DNA of 26,983 nt from Bdellovibrionota bacterium (GCA_044345055.1 JBIJBT010000033.1:1-26983), one strand, 5' to 3'; positions 8,031 through 17,888 are shown, numbered from the stretch's first letter. Numbers and translations are program-made. The notes: generated from the sequence alone by a model not told the origin.

Positions 8031-10193
8031 TTGCGATTCTTAAATTTTGGCCAAGAGGGGAGCTATCAATCCTTAAGACGTTTCTTTTTTATTATCTTTT
8101 TCGCCCTTTGTTCAGCAAGAATTTACCCTGCATTTGGAGATTCTTTGAACGATCGTCTCAATACTCCGATTGATGTGATTGTTATGGTTGATTCCTCGGC
8201 GAGTATGAGATTAAGCGATCCAGAGCAGGTAAGACAGAAAGCAGTCAGTGGCTTTGTTAATTCGCTAGGTACTCATGACCGGATTGCGCTTGCAGAGTTT
8301 TCTGACTCAGCTCGGTTACTCGTACCATTTAAGTCACCTGGCTCATCACAATCGCTCTCTTCTCAGATCGCAAATCTCGGAGATTCTGGTGAGTTCACCG
8401 ATATACTCGCTGCGGTTAATTTGGGAAGTAAAGTCCTCAAAGACAGCGGAAGGCCGGGTGTTCGGAAGGTATTAGTTCTCCTCTCCGATGGAAAAATGGA
8501 TCCCTCACCGCAACAGTACTCATCTGCCGAGGCGATAGACAAACTGTTAACGAAGGTAGTTCCGGAGCTTAAGGCGGCAGGAATTGTTATTCACTCGATA
8601 GCGCTGAGCGACGAGGCGGATAGAGCTCTTATGTCGGAAATTGCTGCTCGGACAGATGGAGTCGGTTGGTTTGCGCAAGATCCATTGGCAATTCGGGATA
8701 TATTGCGAGATCTCCTTCTTGTAGCGAAGCGGCCAACCGATGGAGAGCTTTTCACTAAAACAATTCCGATAGAGGACGATGAGGAGGCAACGATATTTGT
8801 CCGCAAAATTCCGGGAGCACATGTATCTATACGCTCTCCCTCCGGTATTAGCTTTAAGAAAGGAATGGCTCTTGAGGAGGGTGAGCAATGGTTTGAAAAC
8901 GATGAATTTGTACTTTTAACCCTCAAAAAACCGGAGCTTGGTGAGTGGATTGTTGAGGGATTACGAGATCCCGATGAGTTCGTTGAGATTTTACGGGACT
9001 TGAAGGCGACAGTCCGTTGGCCCTCTGCGCTTTTTGTGGGAAGTCGTGCGATAGTCGAAGCGATTCTGCTTGAGGGGGCTCGGCCTATTGCAATTCCCGC
9101 ACTCTCTCGGGCGATGAGAGCAACGGTCCAGATTGTTTCGACCGATCGAATAGCAGAGCCAATAATAAACGGAGATATGTTCGATGATGGAACCGAGGGT
9201 GATGGGATAGCTAAGGATGGTGTATTTACCCGTGAGGCTATCGTTGAAAGTGAGGGGGCATTTAAAGTCAGGATAACTCTGCGCGGGCCAACGTTTGAGG
9301 AAAGTGTCGAGCAGCCATTCCGCGTAAGTAAAGTCCTCATGCGTTCCACGGTCGAACTTACAAATAAATCTTTTGCAAAATTGGTAAAAGGCTATAAAAA
9401 AGCAGATGAGGAGCATGGCGGTTCAGCGCAAGGAAGCCACGGTGCTGGAGGGCACGGCGATAACGAAGCAAGCCCTTCGAGCACTGAGGGGCCGAAAGAG
9501 CACTCAACCCCGGCACATGATTCAAGTTCGCCTTCGCCAGGAGAGTCAGTTCCGACGGAAAAGGAGGTGCCCGAACATAAAAACCCTCTCATTCGTATTG
9601 AGCTTGAACCAGAGGTCTTCTTGTTTAGAAGACACGATGTTTCGGTCGTTGTACTCGATGCAGAGGGAAGAGAGTTTCCGGTGAAATTATATCCCTCTAA
9701 GGAGAGGGATTCTGTCCTTCTAGGAGATCTTACCGAACTTCCTCAACCAGGAGCTCATCAGGCTCAGGCTCGATTGAAGGTGAAGCCAAAATGGGGTGCG
9801 GAGCAGCAATATCTCGGACCCTGGTTGCCGTTTGAGTATGCAGGAAAGATAGAGATTCACGAGGATGTTGAGGAAACGAAAGATGAAAAACAAGGAAAAG
9901 AAGAACCGACTAGCTATTTAGCTCCAATCGGCTCGGTGCTAATTGCAAATATTCTGATTGGCGGTAGTTTTTTCTTGATCTTAAAGCGTCAATCTAAAGG
10001 TGGTCAGGGAGGTGGAGTTTATTCTCTTCCTTCTGAATTCGCAGAGATTATTACCAAGCTCGAGAGAATAGCCGATGAGTCGGATATCTCTCCTGATGAT
10101 CCCCGTCTCAGAATCCACTCTGATTTAAGTGAAGAAGGAACAGAGAATGTTGAACTCGAGAGTCCTTCGTCCTCGGAGGAGGTTACCTCATGA
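8031..10193 (+). CDS. Exported VWA-domain protein with a DDG..D...DG (choice-of-anchor X-like) motif and a C-terminal membrane anchor
   Basis: Signal peptide LRRFFFIIFFALCSARIYPAFG. MIDAS motif DSSAS...T(DI)...LLSDG. MFDDGTEGDGIAKDGVFT, then a His/Ser/Pro-rich linker, then TM YLAPIGSVLIANILIGGSFFLIL followed by KRQSK. The frame is open from 7815; the in-frame TTG at 8031 is a more plausible start, but this is uncertain. Confidence 0.8.
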   Translation: MRFLNFGQEGSYQSLRRFFFIIFFALCSARIYPAFGDSLNDRLNTPIDVIVMVDSSASMRLSDPEQVRQKAVSGFVNSLGTHDRIALAEFSDSARLLVPFKSPGSSQSLSSQIANLGDSGEFTDILAAVNLGSKVLKDSGRPGVRKVLVLLSDGKMDPSPQQYSSAEAIDKLLTKVVPELKAAGIVIHSIALSDEADRALMSEIAARTDGVGWFAQDPLAIRDILRDLLLVAKRPTDGELFTKTIPIEDDEEATIFVRKIPGAHVSIRSPSGISFKKGMALEEGEQWFENDEFVLLTLKKPELGEWIVEGLRDPDEFVEILRDLKATVRWPSALFVGSRAIVEAILLEGARPIAIPALSRAMRATVQIVSTDRIAEPIINGDMFDDGTEGDGIAKDGVFTREAIVESEGAFKVRITLRGPTFEESVEQPFRVSKVLMRSTVELTNKSFAKLVKGYKKADEEHGGSAQGSHGAGGHGDNEASPSSTEGPKEHSTPAHDSSSPSPGESVPTEKEVPEHKNPLIRIELEPEVFLFRRHDVSVVVLDAEGREFPVKLYPSKERDSVLLGDLTELPQPGAHQAQARLKVKPKWGAEQQYLGPWLPFEYAGKIEIHEDVEETKDEKQGKEEPTSYLAPIGSVLIANILIGGSFFLILKRQSKGGQGGGVYSLPSEFAEIITKLERIADESDISPDDPRLRIHSDLSEEGTENVELESPSSSEEVTS

Positions 10194-10858
10194 TATTTTT
10201 TTTGGTATTTCTCACCAGTTTATTGAGTTCCGGAGCTATCGGCTATCTTACCTTTTTCCGAATGAAAGGTGGCAATCAATCGGGGGAAAGTGAAAAAGAG
10301 ATCGAAGAGGCATTTCGTTCGCTCCAGGACCTTCTTGCTCGGTTAGAGGCAGCTAAGCCAAGAGTTGTGGCAATAAACCAAGTCTTACCGCTTGTTAAAG
10401 AGCTAGAAACTCTCGACGATGAATTAAAGAATAAAAACGTTAAAGTTTCGATAGTTTTGTCAGAGCTAGAGGCGGTTGAATTTCGACTACAGGAGCTTGA
10501 GGAAATTCGGCGTGAAGTTGAGGTAAGCGCAGCTGAGATAAAGGATGAGCTACGGGCATTACAAGAGAGAGAGGCAGAATTACGTTCTCGTCGCGAAGAG
10601 CTTGAGTCGATGTTACAGGCATCTGTCGAAAAAATGTCGACTATCGCGTCGGAGCTCAGTATGTCTGATGAGATGCAGATGCAAATAGAGCGGATGCAAG
10701 GAGAGTTGGTTTCAACTCAAGATCAGTGTGATAAACTTCTCGTTCAAATTCAGCAAGGGAACGAGCAGTGCATAGCGATGAAGCAACGGTACAATGCTCT
10801 CGATATTGAGTACGCTCTTCTTTACGAACGGTTTGCTCGATTAGAATCAGCCCGTTAG
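10190..10858 (+). CDS. Membrane-anchored coiled-coil protein of unknown function
   Basis: N-terminal hydrophobic segment followed by about 180 aa of E/L/Q/R-rich heptad-like sequence. ATGA overlap with the VWA gene stop. Confidence 0.75.
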   Translation: MIFFLVFLTSLLSSGAIGYLTFFRMKGGNQSGESEKEIEEAFRSLQDLLARLEAAKPRVVAINQVLPLVKELETLDDELKNKNVKVSIVLSELEAVEFRLQELEEIRREVEVSAAEIKDELRALQEREAELRSRREELESMLQASVEKMSTIASELSMSDEMQMQIERMQGELVSTQDQCDKLLVQIQQGNEQCIAMKQRYNALDIEYALLYERFARLESAR

Positions 10859-10892
10859 TGTTTACTAAAACCATCCTACGATAGAGCGATAC

Positions 10893-12392
10893 ATGAGTGG
10901 AGTAGCTACAGAGATGATTAGCTTTTTTGGTCGGGAAAGGGTCACTCCTCTTGATGCGGTGCCAGAGCGAGGAGCGGTACACATTATTGGAGTCGCGGGT
11001 ATTGCCATGGCGCAACTTGCTGTAGAGCTTGTCCGTCGGGGCTACATGGTATCTGGAAGCGATCAAAGTTTTTATGAACCGAGTGGGTCTCTCCTGAGAG
11101 GCTCATCGGTAAGGCTTTTTGAGGGATATTCTCCTGAAAATATTCCGGATAAATGCGATTTGGTTGTTATTGGCAACTCTGCGAGCGCCTCTAATAAAGA
11201 GGTCCAGGAGATCGAGCATCGCTCGCTCCCTTTTTCGCTATTTCCCCAGCTTTTATTCGAAACAGTTATCAACGAAAGAAGGTCTCTTGTCGTATCGGGT
11301 ACTCACGGTAAATCAACTTCAACTGCTTTAGCCGCCTTTTTATTAAATGAGTCGGGTATGGACCCGAGTTTTTTTATTGGCGGTCGAGTAGACCAACTCA
11401 CTTCGAGCCTTAAAAGGGGAGAAGGGAGATTTTCTGTAGTCGAGGGAGATGAGTATGACAGTGCATTTTTTGCAAAACTCCCAAAGTTTCACTTTTATCG
11501 GCCGAATGTTTTGCTTATAACCTCGATAGAGTTTGATCACGCCGATATTTATCCTGATGAAAGAGCAATCGAGCGGGAGTTCGAGAATTTAATTGAATCG
11601 ATGGGCTCAGAGGGTATCGTCGTTGCCTGTTCATCGGGAGGAGATATTGTCAGAGGTATCGTTGAGCGTTATCGCACCGTCGGATCTCCTCGGATTTTAA
11701 CGTACGGTTTTGATGAGAGGGACGATTACCGAATAAATAGGCTCCCGGAACAGGGCGGTGTTGGTCAAAAAATTACCGTCTCACATCAATCGGCACAATA
11801 TTCCTTCGCTCTTCGGTTGGGGGGGCTTTATAACGCACTTAATGCGGGAGGAGTTCTTGCCCTGCTCTCGGAGGCAGGGGTGTCCGTTGATTCTCTTCTT
11901 ACTCATTTTGGCGATTTTCGAGGTGTTGCTCGTCGGCAAGAAATAGTTGTAGACATTCCTGACATCCGGGTTATTGAGGATTTTGCTCATCATCCAACGG
12001 CTGTCAGATTGACTCTGGAGGGGCTAAGGGAAGAGTATCCAAATAAGAGGATTGTTGCTCTTTTTGAGCCCCGTTCGAATACGAGCCGACGAGCTATTTT
12101 TCAGGAGCGTTACGCTGAGGCGTTTGATGCAGCTGACGTTGTGATCGTGTGTGAAGTCACCAAGCGTGCGATTGATGATGGAGTAGCGCTTCTTGATACA
12201 GATAAATTGGTGTCGGATATCAATCTTCGTGGAAAAAAGGGTCTCGTTGCGGCGAGTCCAGCGGGAGTATTTGAGCGATTTCTTCAGGAGCGCCAATCGG
12301 GTGATATCGTAGCGGTCATGTCAAATGGTGGATTTGGAGACATTATCGCCCGATTCAGAGAGAATTTTGGTGGCGCCTTCAAAGAACGGTGA
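10893..12392 (+). CDS. mpl: UDP-N-acetylmuramate:L-alanyl-gamma-D-glutamyl-meso-diaminopimelate ligase (murein peptide ligase)
   Basis: Mur-ligase motifs HIIGVAGIAM, VSGSD and GTHGKSTS. Mpl-type segments EGDEYDSAFF.K.PKF..YRP, DFAHHPTA, FEPRSNT and MSNGGFG distinguish it from MurC. Confidence 0.9.
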   Translation: MSGVATEMISFFGRERVTPLDAVPERGAVHIIGVAGIAMAQLAVELVRRGYMVSGSDQSFYEPSGSLLRGSSVRLFEGYSPENIPDKCDLVVIGNSASASNKEVQEIEHRSLPFSLFPQLLFETVINERRSLVVSGTHGKSTSTALAAFLLNESGMDPSFFIGGRVDQLTSSLKRGEGRFSVVEGDEYDSAFFAKLPKFHFYRPNVLLITSIEFDHADIYPDERAIEREFENLIESMGSEGIVVACSSGGDIVRGIVERYRTVGSPRILTYGFDERDDYRINRLPEQGGVGQKITVSHQSAQYSFALRLGGLYNALNAGGVLALLSEAGVSVDSLLTHFGDFRGVARRQEIVVDIPDIRVIEDFAHHPTAVRLTLEGLREEYPNKRIVALFEPRSNTSRRAIFQERYAEAFDAADVVIVCEVTKRAIDDGVALLDTDKLVSDINLRGKKGLVAASPAGVFERFLQERQSGDIVAVMSNGGFGDIIARFRENFGGAFKER

Positions 12393-12455
12393 AGTTGCGC
12401 AAAGAAAGAGTGCACTGCTATCGAGAATTGGAGTGCAGAGATAGGTGTAGTGTGT

Positions 12456-12998
12456 ATGTTGGAAAAAGCGACGCGACTTAACCCTCAATCCGGAACTCGA
12501 GAACCAGTTGAATCTTTTGAGGGAAGTTGTCCTCTTGCTTATCAAATAGGCTTACCGGGGCTTCAGTCGATTGAGGTAAGGGGAGACCCTGAACATGAGG
12601 GGGCTTTCCAACTTATTCTCTGGAAAACAGAAGATGAAGTTCTCAGAGTTCGGCAGCTAAGCTCTCGTGAGATTCGACATCTTGAGCATGGCTATGAGCA
12701 CTTAAACACATTCTTCGGTGGACTTCGGGGGGCTCTAAGCCTCTCGGAGCGGGTTTTGGGTAAGGGATGGATAGATGTGACCGATGTTGCGGATCTTTTT
12801 CGGCAGGTTATTAATCGCTACGATCTGAATCGTGAAGGCTCGGGTACAAGGGATGAGACTCTTGAAGATCCATCAATCATGATCCTTCGATATATCGTTG
12901 ATGGTCTCGAGGATGGGGGAGAAATGTTGATCGTAGGAAAAGCTATGGTCACTTCGCTGAACGAATCTCTTCCCCCTGCTCAGTTTCGAAGAGATTAA
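12456..12998 (+). CDS. Hypothetical protein
   Basis: A roughly 180 aa ORF fills the gap between mpl and the convergent priA. Starts at GTG 12450 or ATG 12456. No recognisable motif. Confidence 0.6.
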   Translation: MLEKATRLNPQSGTREPVESFEGSCPLAYQIGLPGLQSIEVRGDPEHEGAFQLILWKTEDEVLRVRQLSSREIRHLEHGYEHLNTFFGGLRGALSLSERVLGKGWIDVTDVADLFRQVINRYDLNREGSGTRDETLEDPSIMILRYIVDGLEDGGEMLIVGKAMVTSLNESLPPAQFRRD

Positions 12999-13028
12999 TA
13001 GCGATTGCTAATCAGAATTAAATTGCAG

Positions 13029-15245
13029 CTACAGCATATCAGCCGGATCGACATCCCAGGTTAATTTCACCCCTCTTGGTTTAATCTGAATAGCTCTCAG
13101 CATTACAAGAGCTTTATTTAAATCAGCCCTATTTTTCGCCTTAAATAGACAGTGGAAACGCCACTTTCCCCTAACTCTCTCAAAGGGGGCTGGTGATGGA
13201 CCTAGAGTCTTTATCGCCAGTTGACCATTCTTTAATGAATTTCGCATAAGATCGGAGATCTGACCGATGGTATGACTCGCTGCCTCTTTATCCTGGCTCG
13301 ATACGACGATCCGAATCAGCGAGGAGAAGGGGGGATAGAGAAGATCTCTTCGGCTTTGGAGCTCGAGCGATGCGAATGCAAAAAAGTTCCGCTGAGCGGT
13401 GCAGGTGATACTAGAGTGTTTCGGTTGGCGCGTCTGAATAATCACACTGCCCGGATTTTCTCCTCTTCCAGCTCGACCGGCGACCTGAGTGAGGAGTTGA
13501 AAGACTCTCTCGGAGGAGCGAAAATCGGGAAGGTGTAATCCGACATCACCATCGATAACTCCTACCAAAGTAACCATAGGTAAGTCGTGACCCTTTGCAA
13601 TCATTTGCGTTCCGACCAAAACATCAGTCTCTCCTGAGCGAACACTATCAAGGGTTGCGCGATGAGATGCTTCTGAATCAACGGTATCCCGATCCATTCG
13701 TCCAATACGGGCATCGGGAAGCAGCGATGCAAGCTCGTCATAAATACGCTCAGTTCCGCTCCCGAATTCCTTTAGAGTTGAAAATACAGGTGGAGAAATA
13801 GTTAGACAGTGGGCGCAGCTATCTGGTTGTTGAATCTTAAAACCACACAAATGGCACAGTAGAGATTGTCTTGATTTATGATGGGTAAGAGTAACTGAGC
13901 AGTGGGGACACTTTACGGCATGACCACATTTTTCACACTGAAGGTAGGAGCTAAACCCTCGCCTATTGAACAATATAAAAGCCTGTTCGCCGCGCGATAT
14001 ACAGTCTTGAAGTGCGGAGAGAAGCGTTAGAGAAATAGATGGCGATGCCTTTTCGAGGGGAGAGAGCTGATTCATATCGATCACCGTTATCGGTGAAATT
14101 CCATGATCGCTGTGACGTTGAGGAAGTGTAAGTTTTTGATACTTCTTCCGGTGAACATTCCATACGGTTTCAAGTGAAGGGGTTGCTGAGCCTAGTACGA
14201 TTGGGCAAGAGTTTAGGTGAGCGCGAACAACCGCAAGATCGCGGGCATGATATCGCAGTCCATCATTTTGCTTGAATGAGGCATCGTGCTCTTCATCAAC
14301 TATAATAAGCCCAAGATCTTTTATTGGTGCAAATACGGCGGAACGAGCTCCGAGGGCAACTCTAGTCGTTCCAGAGGAGAGCATCATCCATTGTTGCCAC
14401 CGTTCGCGATCAGAAAGACCACTATGTAAAGTCCCGATATTACATCGAATTCTGGCGCGAAATCGATCTACTAATTGGGGAGTAAGAGCAATTTCTGGTA
14501 CAATTATAAGTGATGATTTTCCAGCGGCGAGATTATGTAAAATCGCCTCTATGTAGACCTCTGTCTTTCCGCTTCCCGTAACTCCAAACAGAAGAAATGG
14601 CGAAAAGCTGCCAGCCGAGATTGCCCCTGTTATATCCTCTAAAGATTGAAGTTGTGAGGGGTTTAAAGACACCTCCTTTTTCGCCCATTCAGGCGCAGGT
14701 GGCGCTGTGAGCGAGAAGGGCTCACTGTGCGAATCAATCGATATAACCCCTTTTTTTTCGAGATTATTTATTGTCTGCGTAATAGATCTTCCCGGAAATT
14801 TCTCCTTTATCGCAGTTATGGATCCGGCGCCTCCGTTACATGAGAGAAAGGCAATTATTTCTTTGGCAAGGGAACCAGAGATATTACTTTCACAGCCTTG
14901 ATTCAGAATTATCGAGCGCGTTTTTCGGGGGGGCACAAATGCGGGAATGGCTGTTTCAATAACATTAGATAATGGAGTGCCGTAGTAATCGGCGCACCAT
15001 TGAAAGAGGCGAAGTCCCTCAGGATGAAATACAGCTTCATCAACAAGATTTTCCTCAATCGATTTAATAGTTCCGCTGAAAGAATCTGGTTGAGACTCAG
15101 ATACCGCAATCACCCAACCGTATCGGCTGCGGTGACCGAGAGGAACCCGAACTAGGGACCCAATCGTCACCTCTTTCGGTGCGCGATAGGTCAGGGTGTG
15201 CTCCAGCGGTGGAACTGCAACGCTGGCAAATAGCCAATCGGTCAT
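13029..15245 (-). CDS. priA: Primosomal protein N' (replication restart helicase PriA)
   Basis: Walker A GVTGSGKT, VPEIALTPQ, DEEH and GSATPS. Four CxxC motifs (CEKC, CPHC, CHLC, CAHC), GTQMIAKGHD, QVAGRAGR and C-terminal DVDP. ATG 15245 (MTDWLFASVAVPPLEHTLTY) fits the PriA N-terminus better than the track start at 15422. Confidence 0.96.
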   Translation of the reverse strand: MTDWLFASVAVPPLEHTLTYRAPKEVTIGSLVRVPLGHRSRYGWVIAVSESQPDSFSGTIKSIEENLVDEAVFHPEGLRLFQWCADYYGTPLSNVIETAIPAFVPPRKTRSIILNQGCESNISGSLAKEIIAFLSCNGGAGSITAIKEKFPGRSITQTINNLEKKGVISIDSHSEPFSLTAPPAPEWAKKEVSLNPSQLQSLEDITGAISAGSFSPFLLFGVTGSGKTEVYIEAILHNLAAGKSSLIIVPEIALTPQLVDRFRARIRCNIGTLHSGLSDRERWQQWMMLSSGTTRVALGARSAVFAPIKDLGLIIVDEEHDASFKQNDGLRYHARDLAVVRAHLNSCPIVLGSATPSLETVWNVHRKKYQKLTLPQRHSDHGISPITVIDMNQLSPLEKASPSISLTLLSALQDCISRGEQAFILFNRRGFSSYLQCEKCGHAVKCPHCSVTLTHHKSRQSLLCHLCGFKIQQPDSCAHCLTISPPVFSTLKEFGSGTERIYDELASLLPDARIGRMDRDTVDSEASHRATLDSVRSGETDVLVGTQMIAKGHDLPMVTLVGVIDGDVGLHLPDFRSSERVFQLLTQVAGRAGRGENPGSVIIQTRQPKHSSITCTAQRNFFAFASLELQSRRDLLYPPFSSLIRIVVSSQDKEAASHTIGQISDLMRNSLKNGQLAIKTLGPSPAPFERVRGKWRFHCLFKAKNRADLNKALVMLRAIQIKPRGVKLTWDVDPADML

Positions 15246-15482
15246 GGGGGCTGAATTAGAGAGTTGAGACAATAACGGCACGTAACATTGTTTGCGGAGT
15301 GTTTGGGCTGACCAAAAAGACTTCGCAATTGTTGTTGCATAACCGAGCATAGTTTGGTCGACAGCTGTCATCAAAGTAAAGGGCTCAACAATGACAAGAT
15401 TGTTTGACGAACAGCGGTTCAACAGCCGTTTGTGGTTTGAGCCATTTTATAGCTCGGACTTTTGCAGGGAGCTACTCGGTAT

Positions 15483-15490
15483 GAGGAGGT
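15483..15490 (+). promoter_or_regulatory. Shine-Dalgarno sequence of pilM
   Basis: GAGGAGGT ends 8 nt before ATG 15499. Confidence 0.75.
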
Positions 15491-15498
15491 AGGTTGAG

Positions 15499-16566
15499 AT
15501 GAAATTGTTCCAGTTCCGAGAACAGCGTCAACCAATGGCGGGATTAGATTTAGGATCCGATGCTGTTCGGATCGTTCAGCTTCAACGAGAGGCCGGGGCT
15601 ACTCGTGTGCAAAGATCTATTTCGCTTCCGTGGCCTGAAGGGGTATCACCCTTGGATGGAAGACATAGTCCGACCCGTTTGGGTGAAATACTCCGCGAAA
15701 TGCTCGCTAATCACGATGTAAATCTCGGAAGTGTTGTATGTGCTTTACCGATTTCAGCCATTTTTTTGAAGCGCCTAAAGAGCCCAAATCTTCCTTGGAA
15801 TGATTTAAAATCGTATGTTGAGCTCGAGGCAATCAGTGTCGTTCCGCCGAGTGGAGGAGCCGTTTGCATCGATTTCCAGATATTGAGGAAATTGCCTGAC
15901 GGAAATCTTGAGCTTCTTCTTGTCGCGGCTAAGCAGGATGCGCTTGATGCGCTAACACGAACTATGGTGGCATCTGGCCTTGATGTCCCGATTATAGATG
16001 TCGATGTTTTTGCTGCTCATAATGCCTTCGAAGCTTTCTCGCAAAGTTCATTAGACCGATCAACGGCGATTATTCATCTTGGATTGCGCTCATCAAACAT
16101 ATCGCTCCGTTCATCAGGTCAACTTATGTTCGCTGGTGATCTTGAGTCTAGTGTCGAATCAGTGTGTGTTCTGCTCGCGGATGCGCTGAGAATGAACCAG
16201 TCAGAGATCAGGCGCGTTCTGTTTGCTGAATCAAATGATGGAAGCCAATTCCAGCCTGCACTGACGGAGGTTCTCCGATCTGTTTCCGATGATATAGCCC
16301 GACGTCTAAATTTGATTTGGCAAATTGCTGATTTATCAGAGCCAATCAATTCAATAGTTATCTGCGGCGAGGGTGCACATATTCCAACCCTAAGACGATT
16401 TTTGGAGGATTTAACAAATAGGACGGTTCTCCTATTCGACCCATTAACTGCTCTTTCGGCAGATGGTGAGGACGCTTTAACCACGCCCAGTTCTTTCACG
16501 ATCGCCATTGGGCTAGCTCTCCGCTCTCCTGGTGATCGGGTGGTATCGCTTGAGGGGGATGGATGA
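15499..16566 (+). CDS. pilM: Type IV pilus assembly protein PilM (actin-like)
   Basis: Motifs GLDLGS, IDFQIL, LLLVAAKQD, IIDVDVFAAHNAF, IHLG and AIGLALR. First gene of a pilM-N-O-Q run. Confidence 0.9.
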   Translation: MKLFQFREQRQPMAGLDLGSDAVRIVQLQREAGATRVQRSISLPWPEGVSPLDGRHSPTRLGEILREMLANHDVNLGSVVCALPISAIFLKRLKSPNLPWNDLKSYVELEAISVVPPSGGAVCIDFQILRKLPDGNLELLLVAAKQDALDALTRTMVASGLDVPIIDVDVFAAHNAFEAFSQSSLDRSTAIIHLGLRSSNISLRSSGQLMFAGDLESSVESVCVLLADALRMNQSEIRRVLFAESNDGSQFQPALTEVLRSVSDDIARRLNLIWQIADLSEPINSIVICGEGAHIPTLRRFLEDLTNRTVLLFDPLTALSADGEDALTTPSSFTIAIGLALRSPGDRVVSLEGDG

Positions 16567-17135
16567 TAACGATTAATTTTTTGAACGACAGATCTACGGA
16601 TAAAAATGCTCAAAGAAAGGCTGTCGTCATAGGCTCCATAATTCTCGCTATATCGGTAGTCTTTGCTTTCCGGTTGTACATTACTTTAAAAAACAAGGCA
16701 GAAGTTGCGGAGCGCTCAATATCCGTATTGAGTGATTCGGTTCGATCTCTTCGCGAGACCCTCGGCGATGCTGTCGAGCTGGAGGCTTTGAAAGAAAAGT
16801 TACAAAAACAGCTTCTCATGGTTGCCCAACTAAAGAGCGGTAAAAGGGGGCCAGTTCGTATACTCGATGATCTGAGCAATGCGCTTCCAGACAGGGCATG
16901 GATTAGTGAGATTACCCAGAAGGGAACAAGGATAAAAATAGCAGGTAGAGCGCTCGATAATCAGACTATCTCCGAATTCATGCTGCGACTCGATGCATCT
17001 AATTGGTTGCAATCGGTCGATTTGGATGAGTCAAGACAGGAGATAATTGAGGGAGTTAAGGTGCAGGCTTTTACCCTTGAAGCAGAAGTTGTTTTTGTAG
17101 GAAAGCGTTTTGGTTCGTCGGATTCAGGTGAATAA
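16563..17135 (+). CDS. pilN: Type IV pilus assembly protein PilN
   Basis: MITINFL (variant of INLLP), one TM, coiled coil, PVRILDDLSNALPDRAWI and G.ALDNQTISEFM..L. ATGA overlap with pilM. Confidence 0.88.
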   Translation: MITINFLNDRSTDKNAQRKAVVIGSIILAISVVFAFRLYITLKNKAEVAERSISVLSDSVRSLRETLGDAVELEALKEKLQKQLLMVAQLKSGKRGPVRILDDLSNALPDRAWISEITQKGTRIKIAGRALDNQTISEFMLRLDASNWLQSVDLDESRQEIIEGVKVQAFTLEAEVVFVGKRFGSSDSGE

Positions 17136-17159
17136 GGGGTATTTATTTTTTTTGGATTT

Positions 17160-17852
17160 ATGGGGCTCAAAGTAAGAGCGGTGTTCGCCCGACAGGGACG
17201 ACATTTAGCCGTGTTCGGGATTTTTATCCTAACGGGTCTTCTTGTTCTCTGGTTCAATCTGTTGGGTCCGCTGAACGAGAGAAATTTATTTGCTTCTGCA
17301 AGAATAGAGAGTCTTTCAGACGAACTAGAGCGTCTAAATGGGGCTCGAGAAGACATTCTGCAGCTGCGGTCGCAATCAGACCAGCTTCGGGTGAAAATGG
17401 AAAAAGCTCGTCGGGAATTGCCTGATCGACGAGAAATTCCGGCTCTTCTTTCAGCGATATCTGAACGAGCTAAAGATGCAGGGCTGGAAGTTCGATTATT
17501 CCAGACTCGAGAAGAGGTATTGGGTGAATTCTATGCCGAAGTTCCGGTGCAAATCGTCGTTCAGGGTACGTTTCACCAGGTGGTCAGATTTTTCGATGAA
17601 GTTACGAGATTTGACCGAATCGTAACGGTATCCGAGCTCAGTATGAAGGCCGCAGAAAACGCAGAAGTTAGGCAGAGGGAATTCGGGTTTTCGAACAAAA
17701 AAATGGGAGTCAGTTCGTCCAAAAAGGTGGACCAGGAGACGGTAACTAGCTGCACTCTAACCACGTTTCGCCAACTAAATGAGGGCGAAAGTAATGAATC
17801 TGGAACGAATAGTTCCGTCAGGAGTGGAAAACGGGCTAACGGTGGGGTGTAA
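17160..17852 (+). CDS. pilO: Type IV pilus assembly protein PilO
   Basis: One TM, coiled coil, LPDRREIPALLSAIS, FYAEVPVQIVVQGTFHQV..FFDEV...DRIV and terminal CTLTTFR. Confidence 0.9.
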   Translation: MGLKVRAVFARQGRHLAVFGIFILTGLLVLWFNLLGPLNERNLFASARIESLSDELERLNGAREDILQLRSQSDQLRVKMEKARRELPDRREIPALLSAISERAKDAGLEVRLFQTREEVLGEFYAEVPVQIVVQGTFHQVVRFFDEVTRFDRIVTVSELSMKAAENAEVRQREFGFSNKKMGVSSSKKVDQETVTSCTLTTFRQLNEGESNESGTNSSVRSGKRANGGV

Positions 17853-17859
17853 TCGGATC

Positions 17860-17888
17860 TTGACAAGGAGAGGGACGATGCGTACAAC
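17860..17888 (+). promoter_or_regulatory. Putative sigma70 promoter upstream of pilQ
   Basis: Perfect TTGACA (17860-17865), 17-nt spacer, TACAAC (17883-17888). The -10 box matches TATAAT at 4/6 and lacks the conserved last T. Confidence 0.4.

Noticed and set aside
8591..9349. 252-aa antisense ORF inside the VWA gene, and similar antisense or alternate-frame ORFs such as 16119-16613, 8991-9416 and 19421-19831
   Set aside because: Fully or almost fully overlapped by well-supported genes, Ser/Ile/Pro-rich shadow composition, no motifs.
15246..15422. 59-aa N-terminal extension of PriA in the track
   Set aside because: PriA-like sequence begins near ATG 15245; the extension is the divergent priA/pilM intergenic region.
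13029..16566. Helicase divergent from pilM as a competence (ComFA-like) DNA-uptake link
   Set aside because: The protein is a full canonical PriA with four CxxC motifs and the C-terminal DVDP; adjacency alone does not support a functional link.
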